Part shown: piece by piece, positions 1 to 9,078 of the stretch
Layout: each line of letters opens with the position of its first letter
How positions within the stretch are numbered: position 1 is the first letter of the stretch
Source: Candidatus Multivorans sp.
GTDB lineage: Bacteria; Acidobacteriota; Thermoanaerobaculia; Multivoradales; Multivoraceae
Direction of reading: 5' to 3'
Length of the DNA stretch: 64,000 bases
NCBI GenBank assembly: GCA_965224025.1
Contig: OZ245033.1
Span: 3,680,001 to 3,744,000 of the forward strand
Position numbers and translations under genes: made by a program
The notes under the pieces: generated by a model
Database searches by the model: none
Seen by the model: only the letters and a program-made list of their open reading frames with translations
Told to the model about the DNA's origin: nothing

Positions 1-185
1 ATCGCCCTCTTCCAGCGGACGTTCTTGTCTTCGGACCACTCGATCGGCGGGTTTCCAGCCGGCGCCGAACCGGTGCGGTTCGGGCCGCGCCAGGCTGGCC
101 AGCCGCCCTCGACATCCGAAGCGCGATCCGAAGCCGGAGGGGCCGCTGCCAGGACGGCGGCGAGCAGCAGAGCAAAGCCTTGCAT
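1..185 (-). CDS. PQQ-like beta-propeller repeat protein (BamB-like), 5' part only; runs off the window edge
   Basis: Manual translation from ATG at 185: MQGFALLLAAVLAAAPPASDRASDVEGGWPAWRGPNRTG...PIEWSEDKNVRWKRA. Signal peptide plus the WPxWRGP...W...NVxWK N-terminus typical of this family. Lies 10 bp after the upstream stop. Not in the ORF track. Confidence 0.75.
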   Translation of the reverse strand, partial: MQGFALLLAAVLAAAPPASDRASDVEGGWPAWRGPNRTGSAPAGNPPIEWSEDKNVRWKRA

Positions 186-195
186 GGCGCTCCCC

Positions 196-1098
196 TTAGA
201 GGCTCTCGAAAATGAAACCGATGAACACCGACTCGTTGATGAAGCCGGAACCCCAACCGTCCCACTCGTCCGAGAGCCCTGCGGCCTGAATCTCCTCTAC
301 CGACTTGCCGGCGTCCTTGGCCGCCTTCACCGTGGCGACGGACTCGTCGAGCATCCGGTGGTACGTCTTCAGATCATCGACCGTCGATAGCGGACCGTGG
401 CCCGGGATCACCTTCGCATCGGCCGGCAGGTGCTCCAGCACCTCCCCAATGCTGTCCCTGAGGCCCACGGCGTTGCCACCGTTCCCGACATCGACGAAGG
501 GAAAGCGGCCGGCGAAGAACTGGTCGCCGAGGTGGACGACGTTCGAGTCGGTGAAGTAGATGAAGCTGTCTCCATCCGTGTGCCCGCCGGTCAGGTGACC
601 GACCATGATCTCCTCGCCGTTGAAGTGGATAGACAGTCCGTCGTCGTAGGTCACCACCGGGAGAGCTTCCTTGGGCGCCGGCTCGGCCGGGTTGCCCCGA
701 ACCCCGGCGCCCTCGGCGAGACGCTTGCGGACGTTCGTGTGCGCCACGATCAGAGCCTCCTTGCCGAACACGACGTTGCCGCCGGTGTGGTCGAAGTGAA
801 AGTGGGTGTTCAGAACGAACTCCAGGTCGCCGGGCGAGATGCCCTTGAGCGCGGCGCGGATCTTGTCGGCCAAAGCCTCGAACTGATCGTCGACGATCAG
901 GATGCCGTCGTCGCCGGCCGACACGCCGATGTTGCCGCCGGCGCCGGTCAGCATGTGGACCGGACCGGCTACGTGCTGGGCCGTGACCTCGACGGCCGAG
1001 AAGTCCTGCTGTGCCGCGGCCGGCGCGGCGAGGAGCGCTGCCGCGGCCACGGTTGCGACAAGCGGCAGAGAACGGGAACGAATCGTCAGGCGGGTCAT
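196..1098 (-). CDS. Secreted MBL-fold metallo-hydrolase (cyclase-like)
   Basis: THFHFDHTGGN metal motif, GHTDGD, IPGHG. ATG at 1098 preceded by GAGGAG. Ala-rich signal peptide. Confidence 0.88.
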   Translation of the reverse strand: MTRLTIRSRSLPLVATVAAAALLAAPAAAQQDFSAVEVTAQHVAGPVHMLTGAGGNIGVSAGDDGILIVDDQFEALADKIRAALKGISPGDLEFVLNTHFHFDHTGGNVVFGKEALIVAHTNVRKRLAEGAGVRGNPAEPAPKEALPVVTYDDGLSIHFNGEEIMVGHLTGGHTDGDSFIYFTDSNVVHLGDQFFAGRFPFVDVGNGGNAVGLRDSIGEVLEHLPADAKVIPGHGPLSTVDDLKTYHRMLDESVATVKAAKDAGKSVEEIQAAGLSDEWDGWGSGFINESVFIGFIFESL

Positions 1099-1199
1099 AT
1101 GTCTCTCCTCGTTGTGGAGTGGCGAACTCGTGCCGGCAGACAGCCGGCGGAAGCGGACCCTAGCAGCCCGACGTTGTCCGTCCGGGAAGTCCTCGACCC

Positions 1200-2042
1200 T
1201 CAATGCGCCAGCGCGTACAGCACCAGGTTGACGCCGAACGGGTACGACTTGGTCAGTGAGAAGCGCTCGAAGAACTCGCGCGACTCACCCTCGCGCTCCC
1301 AACCGTCGGCGATGTCCGTGTTGTGGGTCATCGCAACCAGGAGCCGTCCCGTCTCGTCGAAGATGCCGCGGAAGTGCGGCTCGGCGGAGTTCATTCCACG
1401 CTCCGAAGTCTCCGAACCGCCGGTCATGTTCCAGTATTGGATCGACGGAATCTGTGGAACTTCATCGACGGTGAAGAAGGTCCTGAAAATCGGGTGTGTC
1501 GGCGGGATGTCGACGATCGGGAAGTCGCTCGGCGGCAACACGCGACCGATCTGACCGGACCAGTGGTCCCAGGCCCGCGGCCCCCAGAAGTCATCGACGT
1601 AGAGGAAGCCGCCCGCCAGAAGGTAACGCCTCAGGTTCTCCGCCTCGACTTCGTTGATGCCGATCGTGCCGACGTCCGACATGAAGAGAAACGGAAACTC
1701 GAACAGCCGCGGGTCGTCCAGCGTCAGAACCAGGTGCTCCGGATCCCCGTATGCCGTTCGCTGGATCTCGACCGTCGTCAACTGGGACAGCCGGGTCATG
1801 AAGTTGTATTCGGAATCCGGGTAGTCGGTGAACCAGCCCTGTCCCAACCACTCGTCGATGACCTGCCGGTACTGGCCGCGGCAGAACACGAAGCCCTCCA
1901 GGTACTGGCGCCCCTCCTCGGGGTAGCGCGCCGGCACCCGGCGCCACCACTGGGCGGGCAGCAGGGAGGCCAGAAGCAGCGTCGCAGCGGCCAGAATCGC
2001 CGGCAGCCGCCACCTCGACCCGTGTTCCACATTGGACTCCAC
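1200..2042 (-). CDS. DUF4159-family protein
   Basis: Signal peptide, W.TDYPDS, FPFLFMSDVG, LRRYLLAGGFLYVDDFWG, HNTDIADGWERE and GVNLVLYAL, all characteristic of DUF4159. Confidence 0.8.
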   Translation of the reverse strand: MESNVEHGSRWRLPAILAAATLLLASLLPAQWWRRVPARYPEEGRQYLEGFVFCRGQYRQVIDEWLGQGWFTDYPDSEYNFMTRLSQLTTVEIQRTAYGDPEHLVLTLDDPRLFEFPFLFMSDVGTIGINEVEAENLRRYLLAGGFLYVDDFWGPRAWDHWSGQIGRVLPPSDFPIVDIPPTHPIFRTFFTVDEVPQIPSIQYWNMTGGSETSERGMNSAEPHFRGIFDETGRLLVAMTHNTDIADGWEREGESREFFERFSLTKSYPFGVNLVLYALAH

Positions 2043-2128
2043 GGCCCGATCGTAGCGCGTGCCGGCCGGGCGCTAAGATGACCGCCTCCCTCTCGAGAGT
2101 CAGCCAACGCCCACCGGAGGACTTATCC

Positions 2129-2995
2129 GTGAACGCCGAACCTCTGTCCCGCCGCACCCTGATCGCCGGCGCCGCTTCCGTCGCCGCGGCCGCCGCCGCC
2201 CCCGCGGCCCTCACCGCTCAGCAGGAACGGGTGATCAAGAACGGACGAATCCGTCAGTCCGTGTGCAAGTGGTGCTACGGCCGCATGCCCCTCGACGAAC
2301 TCGCGGCGGCCTCTAAGGCCATGGGCCTCGAGTCCGTCGAGATCCTCGACGTATCGGACTTCCCCACCATCCAGAAACATGGCCTGAGTTGCGCAATGAC
2401 GAACAGCCACGGCATCCCCAAGGGCCTGAACGACCCGGCCAACCACGAGGCCTGCCTGGAAGCGATCAGCTCCAGCATCGACGCCGCCGCCGAAGCCGGC
2501 TTCCCCAACGTGATCACCTTCTCGGGCAACCGCGACGGCATGGCCGACGGCGAGGGTCTCGAGAACTGCGTCAATGCCCTCAAGCAGATCGTCGGCCACG
2601 CCGAGCAGAAGGGCGTCACCATCTGCATGGAGCTGCTCAACTCCAAGGTCAACCACGCCGACTACATGGCCGACAACATGCCCTGGCTGGTCGAGCTCGT
2701 GGACCGGGTCGGCTCCGACCGCTTCAGGATCCTCTACGACATCTACCACGCGCAGGTCATGGAGGGCGACGTCATCCGCACGATCCGCGACCACCACCAG
2801 CACATCGGCCACTACCACACCGCCGGCAACCCTGGCCGTAACGAACTCGACGACGACCAGGAGCTCTACTACCCGGCGATCATGCGCGCCATCCTCGAGA
2901 CCGGCTACACCGGGATCGTGGGCCAGGAGTTTATCCCCAAGGGCGAGGACAAGCTCGCCGCCCTCGCGCACGGTGTGCGCGTCTGTGACGTCTAA
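2129..2995 (+). CDS. Tat-exported hydroxypyruvate isomerase-like (xylose isomerase-like TIM barrel) protein
   Basis: GTG at 2129 after GGAGG. SRRTLI twin-arginine signal. ELLNSKVNH, LYDIYHAQVMEGD, HYHTAGNPGRNE motifs. Confidence 0.85.
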   Translation: MNAEPLSRRTLIAGAASVAAAAAAPAALTAQQERVIKNGRIRQSVCKWCYGRMPLDELAAASKAMGLESVEILDVSDFPTIQKHGLSCAMTNSHGIPKGLNDPANHEACLEAISSSIDAAAEAGFPNVITFSGNRDGMADGEGLENCVNALKQIVGHAEQKGVTICMELLNSKVNHADYMADNMPWLVELVDRVGSDRFRILYDIYHAQVMEGDVIRTIRDHHQHIGHYHTAGNPGRNELDDDQELYYPAIMRAILETGYTGIVGQEFIPKGEDKLAALAHGVRVCDV

Positions 2996-4341
2996 CTGGG
3001 TGCGCCGGCGTCCCCGCCGGCTGCCGCCGCAGGCGGCCTGAAAGACGCGCCGGCCAACGGCCGGTTCCAACTCCCCTCAGCCTGCGTCTCGTCCCGAAAC
3101 AGGGCCACGAATCCAACCATCGTCAGCACCGCTAGCGCCGACAGCGAGTACCACAACGCCGAGTAGTCGAGCACGCCCGCCTCGTTGGTGAAGAGCGTCG
3201 ACAGCACCTGTAGTACCGGCGCGGCCAGCACCGGGCCAAGGCCAAGGATCACGATGCCGAACACGGTCTGCGCCGAGTGGCGGACATCCGCCGCCGCGAT
3301 GCGGTCCACGTAGATGAAGGCGGCGGCGAAGAAACACGCATAGCACAGGCCATGCAGTGCCTGGCTGGCGACGATCACCGGTACCGGCAGGAACACGCTG
3401 CCGAAGATCGCGTAGCGGGCTGCGTAGGCGAGCACGCCGATCGTGATCACGCCGCGGAAACCCAACCGGGCCAGCAGCCAGCCCGTGGCCACCATGACCG
3501 CGATCTCGGCGAACTGGCCGATGCTCATCGCAGGACCGATGCGGCTGTCCGCAAGACCGAGCACCTCGCTCATGAACGGCGCCGTCTGCATGAAGTAGAT
3601 CTGGTGGATCACGGCGATCGGCAAACTCGCCGCCACCAGGATCACGAACGATCGCTGCCGGAAGAGCCCGAACGCCTTGGCGAAGGCGAGCTTCTCCTTC
3701 GCGTCCCGGCGGGGCGGCGTCGGCGGCAGGAAGAGGCAGAAGAGCGCGTAACCGAAGGCGAGAACACCGCTCCAGACCAGCGAGTCGACGAGCCTGGCCG
3801 TCGCGTCCGGGGCCTCGACACCGACGTAGAACGGCGGCAGCCACGACAGGCGCACGTCGGACAGAAGCCAGAACAGCGGGAAGGCCCAACTGGCCGCGAT
3901 CCAGCCGATCGTGCCCCACACCCGGACCTTCGGGAACTCCCGGTCCCCGTCGTCCATGTGGGCGAAGGCAAGCGAGTTGGAGAGCGCCAGGGTAGGCGTG
4001 TAGAGCACCGAATAGAGCACTGACAGCCACAGCCAGGCGCCGAAACTGGTCTGGTAGGCGGTGACGATCTTGACCACGCCGCCCGCCACCAGGAGCACCG
4101 CCAACACCCGCTGGGTCGAGAACGACCGGTCGGCGAGCTGACCGGCGACGAAGGGCGCCGTGACGGCCCCGATCGAACTCGCAAGCCCCAGGATCCAGCC
4201 GATCTGGCCCGGCGTGAAGCCGAGACCGCCCTCCGAAGGCTCCGCCTGGAGGTAGCGGGCGAGCACCGGCAGCCAGACGCCCCAAACGCCGTACTGCAGG
4301 AGCATCATGACGGAGAGCCGAAGGTAGGTCTGTCGCTTCAC
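2992..4341 (-). CDS. MFS nucleoside:H+ symporter family (NupG/YegT-like) permease
   Basis: RLSVMMLLQYGVWGVW, F..VRVWGTIGWI, SIGQFAEI motifs; about 12 hydrophobic segments. Confidence 0.85.
   Translation of the reverse strand: MKRQTYLRLSVMMLLQYGVWGVWLPVLARYLQAEPSEGGLGFTPGQIGWILGLASSIGAVTAPFVAGQLADRSFSTQRVLAVLLVAGGVVKIVTAYQTSFGAWLWLSVLYSVLYTPTLALSNSLAFAHMDDGDREFPKVRVWGTIGWIAASWAFPLFWLLSDVRLSWLPPFYVGVEAPDATARLVDSLVWSGVLAFGYALFCLFLPPTPPRRDAKEKLAFAKAFGLFRQRSFVILVAASLPIAVIHQIYFMQTAPFMSEVLGLADSRIGPAMSIGQFAEIAVMVATGWLLARLGFRGVITIGVLAYAARYAIFGSVFLPVPVIVASQALHGLCYACFFAAAFIYVDRIAAADVRHSAQTVFGIVILGLGPVLAAPVLQVLSTLFTNEAGVLDYSALWYSLSALAVLTMVGFVALFRDETQAEGSWNRPLAGASFRPPAAAAGGDAGAPS
2996..3068. repeat. REP-like palindromic repeat, family B, encoding the MFS C-terminal tail
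   Basis: CTGGGTGCGCCGGCGTCCCCGCCGGC recurs at 56697-56722 with one mismatch. The adjacent arm recurs inverted at 47751-47796. Confidence 0.65.
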
Positions 4342-4366
4342 GCGGGCATCCTACGTCCACATCGAT

Positions 4367-4466
4367 CCTGGGAACCCAGGTGGCGCGATTCGCGCCACCT
4401 GCGAACCGCTCCGCGCGCCCGTCATCGGGCGCGGGGACGGAACGCGGGCGTCTCGCCCGCATCCGG
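4367..4466 (-). repeat. Composite three-hairpin REP/REPIN-like element, family A, copy 1
   Basis: Reverse complement matches the copies at 52086, 53387 and 59141. Hairpins GCGGGC-N5-GCCCGC, GCGCCCG-ATGA-CGGGCGC and GGTGGCGCG-N3-CGCGCCACC; ends GGGTTCCCAGG. Confidence 0.85.
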
Positions 4467-4480
4467 CCGGCGCCGCTCCA

Positions 4481-6811
4481 CTACTCGATCGTCTCCAACT
4501 CCCCCACGCCCTCCACGACCCGATACAACCGGTCCATCCGGACCTCCGTGAAGATCTGCGCCAGATCGGTCGTCGGCCAGTAGACCTCGATCTTCTCGAC
4601 GGCCTCCGGCCGTCCAAGCCCGATCGTCTGCCGCAGCGGATTGCCGCCGAAGCTGCCGCCACCGTTGACCCGCCGGTGCACGCTCCGGCGCTCGCCGTCG
4701 GCATCCGCCAAGTCGACCCGGACCCGAACCCCGATCGCCGAGCGGTTGCTCTCGGTACCGACCAGCCGCAAGCCGAGCCAGCGATTGCCGAAGCCTGGAT
4801 TCTCAAACAGGGCGTCGCCGAAGCCGTCGCCAGGGAAGGCGCCGCCCATCTGTTCGAAGACATCCAGGTCGCCGTCCGAGTCCACGTCGGCGAACACCAC
4901 CGCGTGTCCCTTCTGCAGGTGGCCGAAGCCGGCGGCGAGACTCACGTCGACGAATCGCTCTCCGCCCAGGCTGCGGTAGAGGACGTTGGGCATCACCGCC
5001 TCGTAGTCCGGGTAGCCGGTGCCGAGGTAGAAGTCGAGGAAGCCGTCCGCGTCCAGATCGCCGAAGTTGGATCCCATGGGCAGATGGAGCCGGCTCAGAC
5101 CGACGCGGGCCGCGACATCCTCGAAGCGGCCGCCGTCGCCCGTGCCCCGGTAGAGACGCGCCAGCTCCCAGGGCCCGGGGAACCCCTGGTAGCTCGCGGC
5201 CACGAAGCCCAGCCCGCCCCGGTCACCGGTGTAACTGGACACGAACAGATCGAGGTTGCCGTCATTGTCGAAGTCCCAGAACCACGCCGGGAAGCTCTGG
5301 CGAGGTCCCGTGACGCCGAGCTCCGCGGCAACGTCCTCGAAGGTGCCATCCCCGCGGTTGCGGTACAGGCGGTTCGCGCCGCCCAGCACCGAGACGTACA
5401 GGTCCGGGAACCGATCGTTGTCGACGTCGCCCCAGACCGCCGCCTTGACGAAGGCCCGCACTTCGACGCCCGCCGCGGCAGCGACATCGCGGAACCGCAC
5501 CACGCCGTCCGGCCCCGCGCCCTCGTTGCGGAAGAGCTGCGACGGCGCCGCCTGCCCGGCGCTGTGCTCGTTGCCGACGAACAGGTCCAGGTCGCCGTCG
5601 TTGTCGTAGTCGGACCAGGCGGCGGTCTGGGTCGGGTAATGGGCCTCACCGAGGCCGCTCAGGAAGGTCACGTCGCGGAAGACCGGCGCGCCACCTTTCT
5701 CCGCGTTCTCCCCGCCGGTGGGTTCATTGCGCAGCAGCGAGTTCGGGTGCCGGCCGTGGGGCCCGAACCAGGCGCCACGGAGCACGTAGACGTCGAGGTC
5801 GCCATCGTTGTCGTAGTCCGCGTGGACCACGTTGAGACCGCCGTAGAGCCCCTCGAGACCAGCGACGGACGTCCGGTCCTCGAACCCGCCGGCTCCGTCA
5901 CCCACGAAGAACCGCGGTTCGCCCGCGGGGTCGAAGGTCGTGCTGAAGAGGTCGAGGTCGGTATCCCCGTCGAAGTCGTCGACCACGGCGCCGCCCGACA
6001 GGTTGAACGAGTCGACGCCCAGCACGGGCGCCACATTCCGGAAGCGCGGGAAGTCGGCGCCGCTGCCGAACGCCTCCAGCGGTAGCCGGTACTCGGGCTC
6101 GACCCCGCCGGGATGGTCGCCCAACGTCATGTGGACGAGGTTCAGCAGCCACTTCCCCTGAACCTGCTGGACCGAGTTCTCGGGCGCCGCCTCCAGGTAC
6201 TCCCGCAGATAGCGCGCGGCCTGCTCGGAGCCCTCCCGTTCGCGGTGAACCGCACTGCCCCGGATCGGCAGGATGCAGGCCTCGGCACTGTGAGTCGCGG
6301 CACAGTTCCGGCTCTCGCCGTAGCGGAGCCAGGCCACGGCGATACGGAACAGGGTCGCCGTCTTCTCCCCTTCCGTCAGGCCGTCGGTCGCCGGCAACAG
6401 TTCGTAGGCCTCGCCGAACCGGCGCAGCGCCTCGGTCTCATTCCCGAGCCGCAGTTCCTCCTCCGCAACGTCCATCAGGAGCCGGAAGCGGCGATCCGCA
6501 GGGGTACCGCCGGATGCCGCCAGTGCGGCCCGCGCCGCACGGGCCGAAGCCTCACCAAACCAGGGGTTGTCCTCGACGCTGGCGAGCCGGATCTCCTCCA
6601 GCAGTTCCAGCATCCGCCGATGGCCGTCGCCCAGCTTCCCGTCGCCGGCACGTTCCGGAACCGCCTGCGGCTGCCCCTGAGCGGCCCGCGGCGCGAAACC
6701 TGCCACTGCCGCGACCAGCCAGACGGCAGCGGCGAGTGCCCCGAATCGCGTGACACGGCAACGCCCGGAACGCCCGCCCGTGGACGACCTCGACGGCGGG
6801 CCGCCGGTCAC
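4481..6811 (-). CDS. CRTAC1-family protein (N-terminal TPR-like region, FG-GAP repeats, C-terminal ASPIC/UnbV)
   Basis: Many D(Y/F)DNDGDLD repeats, SNRSAIGVRV and VNGGGSFGGNPLRQTIGLG (ASPIC/UnbV). Start set at GTG 6811, which overlaps the upstream TGA (GTGA); the start is uncertain. Confidence 0.85.
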   Translation of the reverse strand: MTGGPPSRSSTGGRSGRCRVTRFGALAAAVWLVAAVAGFAPRAAQGQPQAVPERAGDGKLGDGHRRMLELLEEIRLASVEDNPWFGEASARAARAALAASGGTPADRRFRLLMDVAEEELRLGNETEALRRFGEAYELLPATDGLTEGEKTATLFRIAVAWLRYGESRNCAATHSAEACILPIRGSAVHREREGSEQAARYLREYLEAAPENSVQQVQGKWLLNLVHMTLGDHPGGVEPEYRLPLEAFGSGADFPRFRNVAPVLGVDSFNLSGGAVVDDFDGDTDLDLFSTTFDPAGEPRFFVGDGAGGFEDRTSVAGLEGLYGGLNVVHADYDNDGDLDVYVLRGAWFGPHGRHPNSLLRNEPTGGENAEKGGAPVFRDVTFLSGLGEAHYPTQTAAWSDYDNDGDLDLFVGNEHSAGQAAPSQLFRNEGAGPDGVVRFRDVAAAAGVEVRAFVKAAVWGDVDNDRFPDLYVSVLGGANRLYRNRGDGTFEDVAAELGVTGPRQSFPAWFWDFDNDGNLDLFVSSYTGDRGGLGFVAASYQGFPGPWELARLYRGTGDGGRFEDVAARVGLSRLHLPMGSNFGDLDADGFLDFYLGTGYPDYEAVMPNVLYRSLGGERFVDVSLAAGFGHLQKGHAVVFADVDSDGDLDVFEQMGGAFPGDGFGDALFENPGFGNRWLGLRLVGTESNRSAIGVRVRVDLADADGERRSVHRRVNGGGSFGGNPLRQTIGLGRPEAVEKIEVYWPTTDLAQIFTEVRMDRLYRVVEGVGELETIE

Positions 6812-7056
6812 GGGAACACGCGGAGTTCGAAGTCCGGTTCGTTGATGATGCTGGCGCTGCCGCCGGTGGCCCGAATGACGAAGAGCCCCCGCCGCTCTGC
6901 GTGCCTGGTCACCGAACTGTCGCTCCTCAGGTAGGCCACCGCGCCGTAGACCGGCCGTCCCCGGTATGGCGTGAACCACTCGGAAAACCACGACAGCTTG
7001 TCCAGAAACCAGGCGACGGCGCCGGGGCTCCCTTCGTGTGGATTGTTGCTCGTCAT
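6808..7056 (-). pseudogene. Internally deleted hypothetical gene retaining RBS/start and the C-terminus of a putative PD-(D/E)XK-like (DUF3782-like) family
   Basis: 82 aa with AAGAGG RBS. FLDKL..F...YRGRPVYGAVAYL...AERRGLFVIRATGGSASIIN..DF..RVF resembles the C-terminus of a widespread coiled-coil/nuclease-fold family whose N-terminal part is missing here. Family name from recall. Confidence 0.5.
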
Positions 7057-7233
7057 AGGTTCCTCTTATCTCCCGGCGCCGACCTCACCGCATCGGTTCT
7101 CGTGTTTGGCGCAGGCGAGATCGGCGGCGCCCTCCGCTCCGCAGCCAATCCGCTCACACGGAATCGTATCGCGGCCCGCGGCGTCGCCCGACCTCCACCG
7201 GCTGTGACGGACGCCTCGATTGACCCCGCCGGT

Positions 7234-9078
7234 CTACGGTCTTGCCGGTGCAATGAGCGGTTGGCGGGCTCGGTACAGATCCAGACGCTGGCGCCGCTCC
7301 CCCGAGTTGACGCCGGTCGATCGGCGTTCGAGCTCCAGAGCCTCTTCCTGCCGGGACACCGCCTCGTCGAACCGGCCAGCCGCCGCCAGGGCCATCGCCA
7401 GCGTCTCCAGGTGATCCAGTGCCGGCTGCTCGGAAACGACCGCCCGCGCCAACTCCACGGCCCGCGCGCCGTCCAACGCCGCGGGAACCGGACTCGTCGC
7501 GAGCAGCCGCGCCAGCAGATGCCGCACCGCGACGTCGGCCGGGAAACGCTCCAGGGCAACCTCGAGCGTTAGCAGGCAATCGACGTACAGGCCGGCCTGG
7601 AACTGCATCAGGCCGAGATTGAAGCGCGCGGCGAGGTCGTCGGGGGTGAGCGCGACCAGCGCCTCCAGGTGAACGGCCGCCGGCACCGGCGCCCCCGCAT
7701 CGACCAGCAGCGCCGCCAATTCTCGCCGCGCTTCGATCAGGCCTGGATCGAGGTCGACGATGTCTTCGAGTTCCGCGATCGCGCCGGCGGTGTTGCCGGC
7801 GTCGGCCCGCGCCCGCGCCCGCGCCAAGCGCCAGGGCAGGTTCTCCGGATCGATGTCGGCAGCCCGCTCCAGGTGCGCGGCGGCCCCGACGTCGCGGCCC
7901 GCGCGGCCCAGGAGAAGCGCCAGGTTGAAGTGTGCGGCGCCGTGGTCGGGCCGCACCTCCAAGGCTCGCCGCAGGTGGGTCGCCGCGCGGGTGTGTTCGG
8001 CGGTCTCGATCAGCGCCCGCGCCAGGTTGAAGTGAACGTCGGCGTCACGGTCGTTCGCGGCCAGCAGTTGTTCGTAGAGGGCGATCGCCTTGATGTGGTC
8101 GCCTGAGCGCGCGGCGCGCACGGCCCGGTCGAAGACCGCCTCTTCCTTGACCCCAAGAAGCTGGAGCCGCTCGCGCAGAGGGTCGGCCATGGCGACCGGC
8201 ACCCGCCGGTTCCGGCCCAGCTCAGCCCGCGCGCGCTCCGGATCGCCGGCCGCGCGCAGGGCCATGCCGAGGTGATGACGGACGATGCTGCCCTCGGGCT
8301 GAGTGGCCGCCACCGCCTCGAGGATCTGGACGGCCCGAGCGGCATCGCCGCGCTCGAGAGCCACCCGCCCGAGGCCGAGGCGTGCAGCCGCGCTCTCCGG
8401 CCGCCCTGAGGCTGCCCTGCCGTAGGCCGCTTCGGCCGCGTCGAACTCGCCTTCGGCCAGCAGCAGATCGCCGGCCCGAATCAGGGTCGGCACATCGCTC
8501 GGTCGCAGATCGAGTGCGGCGCCGGCACTCGCGCGCGCTGCCTCCAGGTCTCCGGTCGCGTCGTGCAGGAACAACTCGTAGTAGGCCCACTGGAAATCGC
8601 CCGGGGCGAGCGTTCGGAGCTGTTCCAGACACACCGAGGCAGCCCCGTAGAGTTCGTAGTGCAGGTAGCGCAAGCAGAGATCGGCAAAGGTGTTCGCCGC
8701 CCCTTGCGCCTGCGCCTCGTCGGCGGCGCCGGCAAGAGCCGCGCCGACCGCGGAACGGTCCTTCTCGAACTGCTGGCTGACATCCGGGGCCAAGTGGCCG
8801 AGGCCCGGTTCCGGTACGGCGTCGATCACGAGCGACGCGCGAACGCGGCTCAGGCCGCCTTCCGCGGCCGGCTCCTGGCCGAGAGCCGGGGCGGCGCCGA
8901 AGGCGGCGAGGGCGAGGGCGAGGGCGAGGGCGAGGAAGCGTGGCCCGCCAACTGCGTAGGGCGATCCGATGCTCCGACGCCCTGTCTCTATCTCTGGGTA
9001 CGCCGGTTCGGCGCGACGCTGTACTGCAAACACCGCATACTGCCGCCCGGCGGACCTCCAGCCCGTCGACCGGCTCAC
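7234..9078 (-). CDS. Secreted tetratricopeptide-repeat protein
   Basis: Multiple TPRs (AHFNLA, ARFNLG, AVRHLLARLLAT...LETLAMALAAAGRFDEA) and a hydrophobic (LA)5 signal h-region. GTG at 9078 overlaps the upstream TGA; the start is uncertain. Confidence 0.82.
   Translation of the reverse strand: MSRSTGWRSAGRQYAVFAVQRRAEPAYPEIETGRRSIGSPYAVGGPRFLALALALALAAFGAAPALGQEPAAEGGLSRVRASLVIDAVPEPGLGHLAPDVSQQFEKDRSAVGAALAGAADEAQAQGAANTFADLCLRYLHYELYGAASVCLEQLRTLAPGDFQWAYYELFLHDATGDLEAARASAGAALDLRPSDVPTLIRAGDLLLAEGEFDAAEAAYGRAASGRPESAAARLGLGRVALERGDAARAVQILEAVAATQPEGSIVRHHLGMALRAAGDPERARAELGRNRRVPVAMADPLRERLQLLGVKEEAVFDRAVRAARSGDHIKAIALYEQLLAANDRDADVHFNLARALIETAEHTRAATHLRRALEVRPDHGAAHFNLALLLGRAGRDVGAAAHLERAADIDPENLPWRLARARARADAGNTAGAIAELEDIVDLDPGLIEARRELAALLVDAGAPVPAAVHLEALVALTPDDLAARFNLGLMQFQAGLYVDCLLTLEVALERFPADVAVRHLLARLLATSPVPAALDGARAVELARAVVSEQPALDHLETLAMALAAAGRFDEAVSRQEEALELERRSTGVNSGERRQRLDLYRARQPLIAPARP

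Noticed and set aside
8905-8934. (GGCGAG)5 tandem repeat as a phase-variation switch
   Set aside because: Hexamer units keep the frame and simply encode (LA)5 in a signal h-region.
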